Below are positions 62,345-64,000 of a stretch of 64,000 bases of DNA, in pieces. How positions within the stretch are numbered: the first letter of the stretch is position 1; every line of letters starts with the position of its first letter. Both the position numbers and the translations under genes were made by a program. The stretch is from Octopus sinensis (taxonomy: Eukaryota): positions 11,098,001-11,162,000 of the forward strand of contig NC_043002.1 of the NCBI RefSeq assembly GCF_006345805.1. Reading direction: 5' to 3'. The notes beneath the pieces were generated by a model. It had not been told where the DNA came from. It was given only the letters and a program-made list of their open reading frames with translations, and did no database searches.

Positions 62345-62850
62345 ATACCTGTGCCGGTGGCACGTAAAAAGCACCCACTACACTCACAGAGTGGTTGGCA
62401 TTAGGAAGGGCATCCAGCTGTAGAAACATTGACAGATCAGACTGGGCCTGGTGCAGCCTTCTGGGTTCCCAGACCCCAGTTGAACCGTCCAACCCATGCT
62501 AGCATGGAAAACAGACGTTAAACGATGATGTATATATATATGATATTTAGCATGTGAATTGAGATGGAAAAAATATAAACGATCATCATCATCATCATCA
62601 TCGTTTAACGTCCGCTTTCCATGCTAGCATGGGTTGGACGGTTCAACTGGGGTCTGGGAAGCCCGAAGGCTACACCAGGCCAGTCAGATCTGGCAGTGTT
62701 TCTACAGCTGGATGCCCTTCCTAACGCCAACCACTCCGAGAGTGTAGTGGGCGATTTTATGTGCCACCGACACAGGTGCCAGACGAGGCTGGCAGACGGC
62801 CACGCTCGGATGGTGTTTTTTATGTGCCACCGACACAGGTGCCAGATGGT
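62345..62850. mobile_element. Two RTE tails in inverted orientation in GUF1 intron 3 (+ 62345-62530; - 62583-62850)
   Basis: Family motifs, tail-to-tail. Confidence 0.9.
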
Positions 62851-63040
62851 ATATAATTTTTTTGTGCAGGGGTTCCTTGAGACATGTAATTTATTTTAAG
62901 CATTACGCAAGGGTAAAAAGGTGGAAAAGCAGTGAACTACCCAAAGTGCTGTAAGTAAAGTTAGTAGATATAAATGCGAGTGTGTGTGCTATGAATTTTG
63001 ATGGTAGACATTAATAGTGATTTTATTCTGTCTCTTTCAG

Positions 63041-63189
63041 GAACTATTCCGACCACAAAGGACAACAAACAAGTGTTGGACAAACTTCAAATAGAACGTG
63101 AAAGAGGAATCACAGTTAAAGCGCAGACTGTCTCACTGGTACATACATATAAAGGGAAACAATATTTACTGAACCTTATTGACACTCCA
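63041..63189 (+). CDS. GUF1: GUF1 coding exon 4 ([49 protein letters not shown])
   Basis: tctctttcAG| ... cca|GTAAGT; [11 protein letters not shown] (G2) and LNLIDTP motifs; phases fit. Confidence 0.97.
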
Positions 63190-63372
63190 GTAAGTTGTAA
63201 GGCATTATGTGTCTTTTACAGATTGTATTTCGAATATGCAAGCACATGCCTACATACACACACACACGTCACGGTTGAGATGCTTCTGTTCATAAATTTG
63301 TTCAGTCAAGTACAACATACCAGTGACACTAATTCACCACTGTTAACCTACATGTCAATATTACCATTTTAG

Positions 63373-63770
63373 GGCAGCGAGCTGGCAGAATCGTTAGCAT
63401 GCCGGGCGAAATGCTTATCGGTATTTCATCTGCCGCTACGTTCTGAGTTCAAATACCGCCGAGGTCGACTTTGCCTTTCATCCTTTTGGGGTCGATTAAA
63501 TAAGTACCAGTTATGCACTGGGATCGATATTATCAACTTAATCCATTTGTCTGTCCTTGTTTGTCCCCCCTGTGTTTAGCCCCTTGTGGGTAGTAAAGAA
63601 ATAGGTATTTCGTCTGCCGTTACATTCTGAGTTCAAATTCCGCCGAAGTCGACTTTGCCTTCCATCCTTTCGGGGTCAATAAATTAAGTACCAGTTGTCT
63701 ACTGGGGTCAATCTAATCGACTGGCACCCACTCTATAAATTTCAGGCCTTGTGCCTAGAGTAGAAAAGAA
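63373..63770 (+). mobile_element. SINE-B with two core units (184-bp period) in GUF1 intron 4
   Basis: ggtattt at 63420 and 63604; terminal tail. Confidence 0.9.
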
Positions 63771-63900
63771 TATTTATGATTGAAAGGCGGCTGACTAGCA
63801 GAATCAATCTATTATTTCCTTCTGACCCCTTCATTAGTTTCCCATACAGTGTGCCTCCCATAATTCTCTACTATAATGTTGTTGTATCTATTTCTTCCAG

Positions 63901-63981
63901 GGCCATGTTGATTTCCAGTATGAAGTCTCTCGCTCGATGTCAGCCTGTCAAGGGGTTCTTCTCTTGGTGGATGCAAATCAT
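63901..63981 (+). CDS. GUF1: GUF1 coding exon 5 ([27 protein letters not shown]); gene continues past the window
   Basis: tttcttccAG| ... cat|GTAAGC; completes DTP-GHVDF (G3). Confidence 0.97.
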
Positions 63982-64000
63982 GTAAGCAACTCTCGTTATA

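Noticed and set aside
62998-63372. 124-aa ORF taken as one CDS
   Set aside because: Only 63041-63189 is exon. The rest is intron read-through past AG/GT sites.

Overview
Eukaryotic, AT-rich, repeat-saturated genomic DNA. The SINE/RTE families and microsatellite load point to an Octopus species (recognition, not a database hit). The only host gene I can support is the 5' part of GUF1, the mitochondrial LepA/EF4 GTPase, on the + strand. Four exons at 61.4-64.0 kb splice in frame with canonical AG/GT borders. A probable first coding exon (mitochondrial presequence) lies at 22047-22117, implying a ~39 kb intron 1. Almost everything else is transposon-derived: tRNA-derived SINEs (here called A, B, C, D), a ~3 kb decayed RTE LINE plus many 3'-end fragments, CR1 and Penelope-like fragments, two non-autonomous Helitrons, piggyBac, MULE, Kolobok-like, mariner-like and hAT-like DNA elements, a 67/63-bp minisatellite and long microsatellites. 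There is no CRISPR array and no prokaryotic system. The best leads are: (1) a tRNA-headed, Penelope-type hammerhead-ribozyme element that forms a foldback; (2) a C4HC3 PHD finger embedded inside an RTE reverse transcriptase; (3) a variable array of double-hairpin units in the RTE 3'UTR; (4) apparent microsatellite targeting by two RTE families; (5) long inverted repeats bracketing GUF1 exon 3; (6) locally templated insertions, one inside a fossil MULE. Transposon borders without a stated TSD or terminal motif are approximate (+/- 10-30 bp).
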